Position numbers and translations under genes: made by a program. From an uncultured Actinomycetes bacterium (GTDB lineage: Bacteria > Actinomycetota > Thermoleophilia > UBA2241), in NCBI GenBank assembly GCA_963755025.1, contig CAVWIH010000019.1, positions 51,469 through 115,468 of the forward strand: 64,000 nucleotides of DNA. The letters run 5' to 3'. The notes beneath the pieces were generated by a model that saw nothing but the letters and a program-made list of their open reading frames with translations, had not been told where the DNA came from and made no database searches. This document shows, in pieces, positions 19,630 through 29,290 of the stretch (position 1 is the stretch's first letter; the number at the start of each line of letters is the position of its first letter).

Positions 19630-20313
19630 ATGGGCTGGCGGCAGTTCAAAGCCCTGGTGCGCAAAGACGTCGTCTCGGAGCTGCGCACGCGCGAGACGGT
19701 CGTCTCGATGTTCCTCTTCGTCGTGCTGGCGATGGTCGTCTTTCACTACGCGTTCACGGTGTCGGGCGGCGGTCGCCTGTCGTTCTACACCGGCGGCATG
19801 CTGTGGGTCGTGTTCGTCTTCGGCGCCCTGCTCGGGCTCAACCGCTCGTTCGCCCACGAAAAGGACGACGGCTGCCTCGACGGCCTGCTGCTCTGCCCGG
19901 TCGACCGGGTGACCATCTTCCTGGCCAAGATGACCGCCAACCTGCTCTTTCTGGGAGCCATCCAGGTGGTCGCCGTGCCTGTGTTCGCGCTGTTCTTCGC
20001 CTCGGGCCGCATGGCGACCCACCTGCCGGCGTTCCTCGCCCTGGTCGTGCTCGGCGACCTGGGCATCGCGGCGCTGGGCACGCTGCTCGCCACCATCACC
20101 ATGAACACGCGCTCCCGCGACCTGCTGCTGCCCATCGTCTTCCTGCCGCTGGTCGTGCCCTTGCTGATCGCCGCCGCCTCGGGCACGAGCGCCGTGCTGT
20201 CGGGCGCGGCGGGGTCGCCTTCGGTGCTCGGCCGGCTCGCGTTTTTGCTGGTATACGATGGGGTCTTCCTGGTGCTGGCCTACGGCACCTACGACGTCGC
20301 GATCGGAGAGTGA
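19630..20313 (+). CDS. ccmB: Heme exporter permease CcmB
   Basis: KDVVSELR, RSFAHEKDDGCLDGL, LLLPIVFLPLVVPLLIAA. Confidence 0.92.
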   Translation: MGWRQFKALVRKDVVSELRTRETVVSMFLFVVLAMVVFHYAFTVSGGGRLSFYTGGMLWVVFVFGALLGLNRSFAHEKDDGCLDGLLLCPVDRVTIFLAKMTANLLFLGAIQVVAVPVFALFFASGRMATHLPAFLALVVLGDLGIAALGTLLATITMNTRSRDLLLPIVFLPLVVPLLIAAASGTSAVLSGAAGSPSVLGRLAFLLVYDGVFLVLAYGTYDVAIGE

Positions 20314-21059
20314 CGAGGGTGCAGAGCGCCGCGACCGTCGTTACCGACTCAGAACAGAGCGTCGCGCGTGCGGCTGCGCCCCGCTGGGCCACGACCGGCG
20401 CGATCCTCGCCGCCGCCGCCGCGCTGCTGGCCGCCGGGCTGCTCGTGGGGTTCTGGATCGCGCCCACCGACGCCTCGACCCTGGGCTTCAGCCAGAAGAT
20501 CTTCTACATCCACGCGCCCATCGCCGAGACCGCTCTGCTCGCCTACGGCGTGGCCTTCGTGGCCGCCATCCTCTACCTGCGCCGCGGCGACGCCCGCTAC
20601 GACCGCCTCGGCGTGGCGGCGGTGCGCCTGGGCCTGCTGTTCAGCGCGCTCGTCATGGTCACCGGCGTGATCTGGGGACGGGCGGCCTGGGGTGTGTGGT
20701 GGGCCTGGGAGCCGCGCCTCACCACGTTCCTGCTGGCCTGCCTGCTCTACAGCGGCTACTTCGTGCTGCGCGGCTCGGTCGACGACGAAGCGCGGCGCGC
20801 CACCTACGGCGCCCTGTTCGCCATCATCGCCTTCGTCGACGTGCCCATCACCTTCTTTGCCACGCGCTTCCTGCCCGCGGGGCTGCACCCCGTCGTCATC
20901 GGGCCGTCGGGCAGCGGCATGGACTACCGTGACCTCATCGCCTTTCTGGCCGGCATGGCCGGCATGACCCTCCTGTTCGTCGGACTCCTGCGCGTCGAGC
21001 TGGGCATCGAATCCCTGCACGAGCAGCTCCGCGAGCTCAAGTACCGTCTGGGGAGATGA
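20310..21059 (+). CDS. ccmC: Heme exporter/cytochrome c assembly protein CcmC
   Basis: IFYIHAP, WWD-type motif TGVIWGRAAWGVWWAWEPRLTT, LHP. Confidence 0.94.
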   Translation: MTRVQSAATVVTDSEQSVARAAAPRWATTGAILAAAAALLAAGLLVGFWIAPTDASTLGFSQKIFYIHAPIAETALLAYGVAFVAAILYLRRGDARYDRLGVAAVRLGLLFSALVMVTGVIWGRAAWGVWWAWEPRLTTFLLACLLYSGYFVLRGSVDDEARRATYGALFAIIAFVDVPITFFATRFLPAGLHPVVIGPSGSGMDYRDLIAFLAGMAGMTLLFVGLLRVELGIESLHEQLRELKYRLGR

Positions 21060-21062
21060 CCG

Positions 21063-21224
21063 ATGCCGCTCGCCGAAGCCGCCAAGTACGTCGCCGCCGC
21101 CTATGCCGCCGTGCTCGTCGTGCTCATCGCCTATCTGGGCGTGGCCGGCCGACGCATAGGGCGTCTGCAGCGCGACGTCACCCTTCTCGACGAAGAGCTC
21201 GCCCGTCGCAAGAACGACGCTTGA
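21063..21224 (+). CDS. ccmD: CcmD-like small membrane protein (53 aa, missing from the ORF track)
   Basis: MPLAEAAKYVAAAYAAVLVVLIAYLGVAGRRIGRLQRDVTLLDEELARRKNDA*: YV..AY motif, a TM helix and a charged tail, directly after ccmC. Confidence 0.8.
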   Translation: MPLAEAAKYVAAAYAAVLVVLIAYLGVAGRRIGRLQRDVTLLDEELARRKNDA

Positions 21225-21257
21225 CGCATGGCGGCGGTGGGTAGGAAGGACCTCTGC

Positions 21258-22658
21258 ATGCATCCGGTCGTGCTCGGCATCTCTCACAAGACGGCGCCGC
21301 TCGAACTGCGCGAGAGGCTCGCCCTGCCCTGCGCCGACGCCGTCGCCCTGGCCGGCCGGCTCCTCGACTGCGAGACCGTCACCGAGGCCGTCGTGCTCTC
21401 CACCTGCAACCGCACCGAGCTCTACCTGCTGGCCACCGACCCGGCCGCCGCCCGGCAGGCCGCCGTGGCGCGCCTGGCCGAGCGCGGCGGCGTGTCCGTG
21501 GCCGCGCTCGCCGAGGCCTCGAGCGCCGCCGACGGCGACGCCGCCATCGCCCACCTCTTCCGGGTGGCCGCCAGCCTCGACAGCCTGGTCGTCGGCGAGG
21601 CGCAGGTCCTCGCCCAGCTCAAGGGCGCCTACGAGGCCGCCCGCGCCGCCGGCTGCACGGGGGCGGTCTTCAACCGGCTCTTCCGTCAGGCGCTCGAGGT
21701 CGGCAAGCGCGTGCGCTCAGAGACGGCCATCGGCGAGCACCCGGTGTCGGTGAGCTCGGTGGCCGTCGACCTCGCTCGTGCGGAGCTGGGCAGCCTCGAC
21801 GATCGCGTCGTGCTCGTGCTGGGCGCCGGCGAGACCGGCGAGCTCACGGTCAAGCACCTGAAGGCCGGCGGCGCGGGCGCCGTGGTGGTCGCCAACCGCA
21901 CGCTGGCCGCCGCCCGGGCGGTGGCCGACCGCTGCGACGGGCGCGCCGCCTGCCTCGCAGCGCTCGACGCCGAGCTGGCCGGCGCCGACATCGTGATCTC
22001 CTCGACGGCCGCTCCCGGCTTTCTGGTCGACCGCGACCGCCTGGCGGCCGTCATGGCCGCGCGCCACCGCCGTCCCCTGTTCCTGATCGACATCGCCGTG
22101 CCGCGCAACCTCGACCCCGCCATCGCCGACCTTGAAGACTGCTGCCTCTACGACATCGACGACCTGCGCGGCGTGGTGGCCGCCAACCGCGGCGAGCGCG
22201 AGCGCGAGGTCGCCCAGGCCGAGCGCATCGTGGGCGAAGAGGTCGCGCGCATGAGCGACTGGCTGGCCGGCCTTGCCGTGGTGCCCACCGTCGCCGCCCT
22301 GCGGGGCTCGATCGAGCAGATCCGCCAGGCCGAGATCGCCCGCCTCGACTGCCGCCTGGCCCGGCTTCCCGAGGCCCACCGCGCCGCGGTCGAGCAGCTC
22401 ACCCAGGCGATCGTCAACAAGATCCTGCACGTGCCCACGGTGCGCCTCAAGGAGCTCGCCGCCGAGCCCGACGCCTACGTCTACGTCGAGGCCCTGCAGC
22501 TGTTCGACCTGGGCGACCGGGCGCCGGCCTGCGAGCGCGAGCGGCGCGGGGCCGAGCGCGAACGCCTGGTCGCTCCGCGCGCGCCTGCGCCCGTCGCACT
22601 CGTGCCGCCCGCGCCGGCGCCGCGCTGCTGCGCGCCGCCGACCCCGCGCCCGACGTGA
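21258..22658 (+). CDS. hemA: Glutamyl-tRNA reductase
   Basis: GISHKTAP, LSTCNRTE, SLDSLVVGEAQVLAQ, GAGETG, IDIAVPRN, NKILHVP. The low-complexity tail may be frameshifted. Confidence 0.96.
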   Translation: MHPVVLGISHKTAPLELRERLALPCADAVALAGRLLDCETVTEAVVLSTCNRTELYLLATDPAAARQAAVARLAERGGVSVAALAEASSAADGDAAIAHLFRVAASLDSLVVGEAQVLAQLKGAYEAARAAGCTGAVFNRLFRQALEVGKRVRSETAIGEHPVSVSSVAVDLARAELGSLDDRVVLVLGAGETGELTVKHLKAGGAGAVVVANRTLAAARAVADRCDGRAACLAALDAELAGADIVISSTAAPGFLVDRDRLAAVMAARHRRPLFLIDIAVPRNLDPAIADLEDCCLYDIDDLRGVVAANRGEREREVAQAERIVGEEVARMSDWLAGLAVVPTVAALRGSIEQIRQAEIARLDCRLARLPEAHRAAVEQLTQAIVNKILHVPTVRLKELAAEPDAYVYVEALQLFDLGDRAPACERERRGAERERLVAPRAPAPVALVPPAPAPRCCAPPTPRPT

Positions 22659-22694
22659 CGCCCGACGATCCGCCGCCGCGGCGCCGACCGCCCG

Positions 22695-23663
22695 GTGAGC
22701 GCCGCGCGCGTCGCCATCGGCTCGCGCGCCAGCACCCTCGCCCTCGTGCAGGCCGAGACGGTGGCCGCCCTGCTGCGCGCCGCCCACCCCGCACTCGAGG
22801 TGACGATCGTCAAGATCGCCACCACCGGCGACCGCATCCTCGACGCCCCGCTCTCGCAGATCGGCGACAAGGGCCTCTTCACCAAAGAGCTCGAACACGC
22901 CCTGCTCGAGGGCCGCATCGACTGCGCCGTGCACTCGGCCAAGGACCTGCCCACCACCCTGCCCGCCGGTTGCGTCGTGGGCGCCTTCACGGCTCGCCAG
23001 GACCCGCGCGACGTGTTCGTGGCCGGCGCCGCCCAGGCGCCCGCCGGCCTCGCCGCGCTGCGCCCCGGCGCGCGCGTGGGCAGCTCGAGCCTGCGGCGGC
23101 GCTCGCAGCTGCTCGCCCTGCGCCCCGACCTTGCGCTCCTCGACCTGCGCGGCAACGTCGAGACCCGCCTGCGCAAGGTCGCCGAGCAGGGCCTGGACGG
23201 CACGGTGCTGGCCGCCGCCGGTCTGGCCCGCCTGGGGCGCGCCGCCCTGGCCGCCTTCGCCTTCTCCTTCGAGGAGATGCTGCCCGCCGTGGGCCAGGGC
23301 GCCCTGGCCGTCGAGGTGCGGGCGGGCGACGAGCGCACGGCGGCGCTGCTCGACTGCTTACACGACGAGCCCACCGCCCTGGCCGTGCGCGCCGAGCGCG
23401 CCCTGCTGGGCGCGCTGCAAGGCGGCTGCCAGATCCCCATCGGCGCCCACGCCGAGTCGCGCGACGGCGCCGAGCTCACCCTGCGCGCCTTCGTCGGCTC
23501 GCTCGACGGCGCCGACACCCTGCGCGACTCGCTCGCCGGCCCGGCGGCCGACCCCGAGGCCCTGGGGTGCGCCCTGGCCGAACGCCTGCGCGGCGCCGGC
23601 GCCGAGCGCATCCTGGCGGCGGTGCGCGAGGCAAGCGGCCTGGTGCCGGGGAGCGCCCGGTGA
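22695..23663 (+). CDS. hemC: Porphobilinogen deaminase
   Basis: GSRASTLALVQ, KGLFTKELE, VHSAKDLP, SSLRR, RGNVETRL, GGCQIP. Confidence 0.97.
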   Translation: MSAARVAIGSRASTLALVQAETVAALLRAAHPALEVTIVKIATTGDRILDAPLSQIGDKGLFTKELEHALLEGRIDCAVHSAKDLPTTLPAGCVVGAFTARQDPRDVFVAGAAQAPAGLAALRPGARVGSSSLRRRSQLLALRPDLALLDLRGNVETRLRKVAEQGLDGTVLAAAGLARLGRAALAAFAFSFEEMLPAVGQGALAVEVRAGDERTAALLDCLHDEPTALAVRAERALLGALQGGCQIPIGAHAESRDGAELTLRAFVGSLDGADTLRDSLAGPAADPEALGCALAERLRGAGAERILAAVREASGLVPGSAR

Positions 23664-24535
23664 GGGCGCCTCACGGGCCCGAGGCCGGCCGGCGCGCCGG
23701 ATCGCGCGCGCCGGCGGCGGCGCCGGCCGGCGCCGCCGACCCCGCCGAGCAGGCAGAGTCGGCGCTGCCGCTCTCGGGGCGCTGCGTGGTCGTGACGCGG
23801 CCGCGCGGCCAGGCCGACGGCCTGGCCGCGCTCCTCGAGCGCGGCGGCGCCCGGGTGCTCGTCTGCCCGGTCATCGAGGTCGTGCCGGTCGGCCTGAACG
23901 CCGAGTTGCGCGCCGCGATCGACGGCCTCGCGGGCTACGACATGGTGATCTTCACGAGCGCCAACGGCGTGAGCGCCTTCTGCGAGCGCCTGCGCGACTG
24001 CGGTGCCGAGGCCGCGGCGCTCGCGTCGTGCGAGCTCGTCGCCATCGGGCCGGCCACCGCGCTGGCCCTCGAGGAGCACGGGCTGCTGCCCAGCATCGTG
24101 CCCGAGGAGTACGTGGCCGAAGGCGTCCTGGCCGCCGTCGAGCAGCGGGCCACGCGCCTGGCCGGGCGCCGGGTGCTCCTGCCGCGCGCCCGCGAGGCCC
24201 GGTCTGTGCTGCCCGACGAGCTGCGCCGGCGCGGCGCCACGGTCGACGACGTCGTCGTGTACGACACCGTGCCGGTCACCTCCCTCGCCTGCCCGGCCGC
24301 CGCCATCGAGGCGGCCCACTACGTCACCTTCACGTCGAGCTCCACCGCCCGACGCTTCGCGGCGCTGCTGGGCGCCGACGGCCTCGCGGCGCGCCTGCGC
24401 GCGGTGCGGCTCGCGTCGATCGGCCCGGTGACGAGCGCTACGCTGGGCGAGCTCGGCCTGCCGGTGACCGTCGAGGCGAGCGTCCACTCGGCGGCCGGCC
24501 TGGCGGCGGCGATCGCCGCCGACGCCGCCAGCTAG
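23660..24535 (+). CDS. hemD: Uroporphyrinogen-III synthase
   Basis: VVVTRP, FTSANGV, IGPATA, VYDT, FTSSST, SIGPVTS. Start approximate (GTGA overlap). Confidence 0.9.
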   Translation: MRAPHGPEAGRRAGSRAPAAAPAGAADPAEQAESALPLSGRCVVVTRPRGQADGLAALLERGGARVLVCPVIEVVPVGLNAELRAAIDGLAGYDMVIFTSANGVSAFCERLRDCGAEAAALASCELVAIGPATALALEEHGLLPSIVPEEYVAEGVLAAVEQRATRLAGRRVLLPRAREARSVLPDELRRRGATVDDVVVYDTVPVTSLACPAAAIEAAHYVTFTSSSTARRFAALLGADGLAARLRAVRLASIGPVTSATLGELGLPVTVEASVHSAAGLAAAIAADAAS

Positions 24536-24639
24536 CCGCCGCAGCGCTCCGCGAGCCCGACCGGCGGGTCACGTCGGGGCGGCGCACCGGAGCCCCCGGT
24601 CGTCACGCCCATCGGCGCGGTTCGGGTACACTGTGCCTC

Positions 24640-25452
24640 GTGACCGCACCGCGCCCCATCTGCTTTCTGTCCGACTACGGCTACGAAGACGACTTCGCCG
24701 GCACCTGCCGCGGCGTCATCGCGCGCTTTGCCCCCGACGTGCGGGTGATCGACGTGACGCACGGCATTGCCCGGCACGACCTCATCGGCGCCGCCTTCGT
24801 GCTGCGCAACACGGCGTCCTACCTGCCCGACGGCGCCGTCCACCTGGCCGTCGTCGACCCCGGCGTGGGCGGCCCGCGCCGCGCGATCGCCCTTCGTTCG
24901 GCCGGCGACCGCTATTTCGTGGGGCCCGACAACGGCATGCTCGTCCTGGCCGCCGAAGCCGACGGCGGCATCGCCGGCGCCTGGGAGATCACCAACGACG
25001 AGCTCTTCATCGCGCCGCTCTCGGCGACCTTTCACGGCCGCGACGTCTTCGCGCCGGTCGCCGCCCGCCTGGCTACCGGTCTGCCGGCCGCGCAGCTCGG
25101 CCCCGCCATCGACCCGGCCGGCCTGGTGCGTCTCGAGATCCAGCCGCCGGAGGCGACGGGCGCCGGCCTGCGCGCCGCGGCCGTGCTGATCGACCGCTTC
25201 GGCAACGTGGCCCTCAACCTGGACGCCGAGCGCCTCGAAAAGGCGCAACTCGGCGACCCGATCGAACTGGTCTGCGGCGGCGAACGCTACCTTGCGCGGC
25301 TGGCCCGATCGTTCGTAGAAGTGCGCCCCAGCGATATCATGGTGCTGGTAGACAGCTATGGTCAGGTGGCGCTGGCCGTCAACACCGGTTCGGCCGAGGA
25401 AGTCCTTGGTCTTGCGCCGGGCGACAACGTAGAGTTGCGTCGCCTCTCGTGA
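24640..25452 (+). CDS. SAM hydrolase/SAM-dependent halogenase family protein (DUF62)
   Basis: FLSDYG, DVTH, VHLAVVDPGVG, VGPDNG, SATFHGRDVFAP, IDRFGN. Confidence 0.92.
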   Translation: MTAPRPICFLSDYGYEDDFAGTCRGVIARFAPDVRVIDVTHGIARHDLIGAAFVLRNTASYLPDGAVHLAVVDPGVGGPRRAIALRSAGDRYFVGPDNGMLVLAAEADGGIAGAWEITNDELFIAPLSATFHGRDVFAPVAARLATGLPAAQLGPAIDPAGLVRLEIQPPEATGAGLRAAAVLIDRFGNVALNLDAERLEKAQLGDPIELVCGGERYLARLARSFVEVRPSDIMVLVDSYGQVALAVNTGSAEEVLGLAPGDNVELRRLS

Positions 25453-25463
25453 CCGGGTATCAT
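25435..25463 (+). promoter_or_regulatory. Housekeeping promoter of rplM-rpsI
   Basis: TTGCGT, 17-nt spacer, TATCAT. Confidence 0.6.
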
Positions 25464-25492
25464 ACCCCCTCGCGCATTCAAGGAGTTTTCGC

Positions 25493-25927
25493 GTGAAGAC
25501 CTTCGTAGCAAAGCCCGCGACAATCGAAAAGAAGTGGTACGTAGTCGACGCCGACGGCCAAACGCTCGGCCGCCTGTCGACTGTCGTCGCCGACGCCCTG
25601 CGCGGCAAGCGCAAGGTGATCTACACGCCCAACATCGACACCGGCGACTTCGTCGTCATCGTCAACGCCGAGAAGATCGCCGTCACCGGCAAGAAGCTCG
25701 ACGAAAAGATGTACTGGCGCCACTCCGGGTATCCGGGCGGCATCAAGGGCGAAGCGCTCAAAGACCTTCTGGCCCGGCGCCCCGAAGAAGTCGTGCGCCG
25801 CGCGGTCAAGGGCATGCTGCCGCACAACAAGCTCGGAGCGGCCCAGTTGCGCAAGCTCAAGGTCTACGCAGGTCCCGAGCACCCGCACGTGGCCCAGAAT
25901 CCCGCACCGCTCGCGATCAAGGAGTAA
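25493..25927 (+). CDS. rplM: 50S ribosomal protein L13
   Basis: KWYVVDA...LGRL...YTPNIDTGD...HSGYPGG...GMLP. Confidence 0.98.
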   Translation: MKTFVAKPATIEKKWYVVDADGQTLGRLSTVVADALRGKRKVIYTPNIDTGDFVVIVNAEKIAVTGKKLDEKMYWRHSGYPGGIKGEALKDLLARRPEEVVRRAVKGMLPHNKLGAAQLRKLKVYAGPEHPHVAQNPAPLAIKE

Positions 25928-25932
25928 GACGC

Positions 25933-26325
25933 GTGGCCTCAGTCACCTACACCGGCACCGGCAGGCGCAAGACCAGCGTCGCGCGCGTCATCCTCACTCC
26001 CGGCGTGGGCCGCGTGGTCGTGAACGGCAAGGAGCTCGACGACTACTTCGGTAGGCGCGTGCTGCAGACCATCGCCGTCATGCCCTTCGAGGCCACCCAC
26101 ACGCAGGCCAAGTTCGACGTGCGCGTCAACGTGAACGGCGGCGGCATGGCCGGTCAGGCCGGCGCCATCCGTCACGGCATCGCCCGGGCGCTCATCGTCG
26201 CCGACGAAAGCCTGCGCACGCCGCTCAAGCGCGCCGGTTTTCTCACGCGCGACGCACGGGTGAAAGAGCGCAAGAAGGCCGGCCTCAAGAAGGCCCGCAA
26301 GCGCCCGCAGTTCTCCAAGCGCTAG
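25933..26325 (+). CDS. rpsI: 30S ribosomal protein S9
   Basis: [12 protein letters not shown]...[14 protein letters not shown]...[19 protein letters not shown]. Confidence 0.98.
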   Translation: MASVTYTGTGRRKTSVARVILTPGVGRVVVNGKELDDYFGRRVLQTIAVMPFEATHTQAKFDVRVNVNGGGMAGQAGAIRHGIARALIVADESLRTPLKRAGFLTRDARVKERKKAGLKKARKRPQFSKR

Positions 26326-26496
26326 CCCGCGACCCCTTCGCCATCTGTGGTGCCACCGCCCGCGTTGTGGGCCTGAGCTTCCGCATGGCCCTGTCGCGGC
26401 CGAGAAGCGCCTCGGTCTCTGTTGTCGCACGCTCGACCCCGGGGGTAGCATGGCCACCGTCATGTCCGTACCTGCATCGCACAGGCGTTCGTAACC

Positions 26497-27843
26497 GTGG
26501 CCCTCTTCGGTACCGACGGCATCCGCGGCCTGGCCGGCGACGAGCTCACGCCCGAGCTCGCCCTGCAGGTCGGTCGCGCCGCGGCGTACGTGCTGGCCCA
26601 GCACCGCGGCCCGGGCCCCCGGTTCCTGATCGGCCGCGACACGCGCGTCTCGGGCGCCATGCTCGAAGCCGCCCTGGTGGCCGGCATCACGAGCGGCGGC
26701 GGCTCGGTCGAGAGCGCCGGGGTCATTCCCACGCCGGGTCTGGCGGCGCTCGTGGTCGAGCACGGCGCCGACGCCGGCGTGGTCGTGTCGGCGTCGCACA
26801 ACCCCTTCGCCGACAACGGCATCAAGATCTTCAGCCACCTCGGCATCAAGCTCTCCGACGACGAAGAGGCCGAGATCGAAGCGCACGTGGGCCGCCACGA
26901 CCTCGTCTCGTTGCGCGGCGATCAGGTGGGGCGCGCCGACGTCGTCGAGCGCGCCGTCGAGGACTACGTCGCGACCGTCGTCGGACGCATACCGCTCGAC
27001 CTCTCCGGCGTGCGCATCGCCGTCGACTGCGCCAACGGCGCCATGTACCAGGCGGCGCCGCTCGCCTTGTGCGAGTCGGGCGCCGACGTCGTGCTGCTGC
27101 ACACCGCGCCCGACGGGCTCAACATCAACCACCAGTGCGGCTCGACCCACGTGGCGGCCCTGCAAGAGGTCGTGCGGGCCGACGGCTTCGACCTGGGCCT
27201 GGCCTTCGACGGCGACGGCGACCGCGTGCTGGCTGTCGACTCACACGGCGCCCTGGTCGACGGCGACTTCGTCATCGCCATCCTCGCCAGGCACCTCAAG
27301 GGCAAGGGCGCGCTGCGCGCCGACACGGTCGTCACCACGGTCATGACCAACCTCGGCTTTCACCTCGCCATGCGCCGTGAGGGCATCGCCGTGGTGACCA
27401 CCGCCGTCGGCGACCGCTACGTCATCGCCGAGATGCTCAAGCACGACTACGTGCTCGGTGGGGAGCAGTCCGGGCACGTGATCAACCGCGACGTCTCCAC
27501 CACCGGCGACGGCCTCGCCACCGCGCTCCTTCTGCTGCAGGCCCTGGGCGAGATGGACCAGCCCTTAGACGAGGCCGCCAAGGTCATGGAGCGCCTGCCG
27601 CAGAAGCTCGTGAACGTGCGGGTGCGCGACCGCGACGCGCTCGCAGGCGCCGCCGCGGTCTGGCAGGCCGTCGAGCGCGAGACGACGCGCCTTGCCGGAC
27701 TGGGCCGCGTGCTGGTGCGGCCCTCGGGCACCGAACCCCTGGTGCGCGTCATGGCCGAAGCCGCCACACAAGACGACTGCGACGCGGTCTGCGACCGCAT
27801 CGTCGCGGTCGTGCAAGAAGAGCTCGCAGGAGGACCGGCGTGA
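26497..27843 (+). CDS. glmM: Phosphoglucosamine mutase
   Basis: FGTDGIRG, SASHNP, FDGDGDR, GGEQSGH, RPSGTEP. Confidence 0.96.
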   Translation: MALFGTDGIRGLAGDELTPELALQVGRAAAYVLAQHRGPGPRFLIGRDTRVSGAMLEAALVAGITSGGGSVESAGVIPTPGLAALVVEHGADAGVVVSASHNPFADNGIKIFSHLGIKLSDDEEAEIEAHVGRHDLVSLRGDQVGRADVVERAVEDYVATVVGRIPLDLSGVRIAVDCANGAMYQAAPLALCESGADVVLLHTAPDGLNINHQCGSTHVAALQEVVRADGFDLGLAFDGDGDRVLAVDSHGALVDGDFVIAILARHLKGKGALRADTVVTTVMTNLGFHLAMRREGIAVVTTAVGDRYVIAEMLKHDYVLGGEQSGHVINRDVSTTGDGLATALLLLQALGEMDQPLDEAAKVMERLPQKLVNVRVRDRDALAGAAAVWQAVERETTRLAGLGRVLVRPSGTEPLVRVMAEAATQDDCDAVCDRIVAVVQEELAGGPA

Positions 27844-28490
27844 ACGTCGTGGCCATCAACGGCAGCCCGCGCAAGGCGTGGAACACCGCGACCCTGCTGC
27901 AGAGCGCGCTCGACGGTGCGGCCTCGCAAGGCGCGCAGACCGAGCTCGTGCACCTCTACGACCTCGACTTCAGGGGCTGCGTCAGCTGCTTTGCCTGCAA
28001 GACGCGGCAGGGCAAGAGCTACGGGCGCTGCGCCCACACCGACGACCTCACCCCGGTGCTGCGCGCCATCGAGAGCGCCGACGCCCTCCTGCTGGGCTCG
28101 CCCATCTACTTCGGCGCCCTCTCCGGCGAGATGCGCTGCTTCATCGAGCGTCTCGTCTTTCCCTACCTGGTCTACAGTGACCCGCCGCAGACGCTCTACA
28201 CGGGCGCCCTGCGCGTGGGCTGCATCTACACCATGAACCTGCCTTCGGCCGAGGTCATGAAGGCCTGGGGCCTGGCCGACCACCTCGCGCTCGGCGAGCG
28301 CACGCTGGGGCGCGTGTTCGGCAGCTGCGAGTCGCTGGCGAGCTTCGACACCTACCAGTTCCGCGACTACGGCAAGGTCGTCGCCGACCGCTTCGACGAG
28401 GCCGCCAAGGCGCGCCGCCGCGACGCCGAGTTCCCCAAGGACTGCGAGAAGGCCTTCGCGATGGGCGCCGGGCTGGTCTCGGCGCAGTAG
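27840..28490 (+). CDS. Flavodoxin-fold iron-sulfur flavoprotein (NADPH-dependent FMN reductase family)
   Basis: INGSPRKAWNT, GCVSCFACK...C, GSPIYFG. Confidence 0.9.
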   Translation: MNVVAINGSPRKAWNTATLLQSALDGAASQGAQTELVHLYDLDFRGCVSCFACKTRQGKSYGRCAHTDDLTPVLRAIESADALLLGSPIYFGALSGEMRCFIERLVFPYLVYSDPPQTLYTGALRVGCIYTMNLPSAEVMKAWGLADHLALGERTLGRVFGSCESLASFDTYQFRDYGKVVADRFDEAAKARRRDAEFPKDCEKAFAMGAGLVSAQ

Positions 28491-28538
28491 CCCGTTACGG
28501 GGTTCGCGCCCCTGCGGCCGGGGCACACACCCATCGCC

Positions 28539-29150
28539 ATGTCGCAGCGCGTCAACATAGCCGCTCCCCGGTTCGACTACGACGCCGACGACCCCGAGGG
28601 GTTCCGCGCGGGCATGTTCCGCTTTGGCCCGCTGCTCGGCGCCGCCCAGCTCGGCGCCAGCCTCTACGAGCTGCCGCCCGGGCAGGCCATCTGTCCCTAT
28701 CACTACGAATACGCCGAAGAGGAGTGGCTCCTCGTGCTCGTCGGGCAGCCGACGCTGCGCCGTCCCGAGGGCAGCGAGATTCTCGCCCCCTGGGACGTCG
28801 TGTGCTTCGCGACCGGCCCGCAGGGCGCGCACGGCGTGCGCAACGAGACCGCCGAGACCGTGCGGGTGCTCATGTGGTCGACGGTCCGCCACCCCGCCGC
28901 CACCGTGTACCCCGACTCCGACAAGATAGCGATCTGGACGGGCAACCACGACGACGACGTCATGGTGCGCCGCGCGAGCGCCGTCGACTACTTCGACGGC
29001 GAGAGCGGTGCGAGTACGAGCGGCCGCGGCGAGACCGCCGCGCCGGACGTCGACGGCGCCGGCGCGAGCGTCGACGGCGCCGGCGCGGGCGGCCGCGGTG
29101 CGGCCGCCGATGAAGACGTCGGCGACTTCGAGGAACCCGCCGGCCCGTAG
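28539..29150 (+). CDS. Cupin domain protein with an acidic low-complexity tail
   Basis: LGASLYELPPG...PYHYEYAEEEW...AHGVRN...VYPDSDK. Confidence 0.85.
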   Translation: MSQRVNIAAPRFDYDADDPEGFRAGMFRFGPLLGAAQLGASLYELPPGQAICPYHYEYAEEEWLLVLVGQPTLRRPEGSEILAPWDVVCFATGPQGAHGVRNETAETVRVLMWSTVRHPAATVYPDSDKIAIWTGNHDDDVMVRRASAVDYFDGESGASTSGRGETAAPDVDGAGASVDGAGAGGRGAAADEDVGDFEEPAGP

Positions 29151-29191
29151 GCGCCCGGCGGCAGGCGCCCCCGCGCCCGCGGCAAAAAGGT

Positions 29192-29197
29192 TAGAAT
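29192..29197 (+). promoter_or_regulatory. Putative -10 element of the glmS transcript
   Basis: TAGAAT about 95 nt upstream of the ribozyme, preceded by an A-run. Confidence 0.5.
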
Positions 29198-29290
29198 GCC
29201 GTGAGCCAAGCGAGGAGGTGCCTTCCAACAAAGCATCTGCGACGACGGTCCCAGACGCGCCCGGCAGTGTGAGCTTCGACCATCTTTCAT

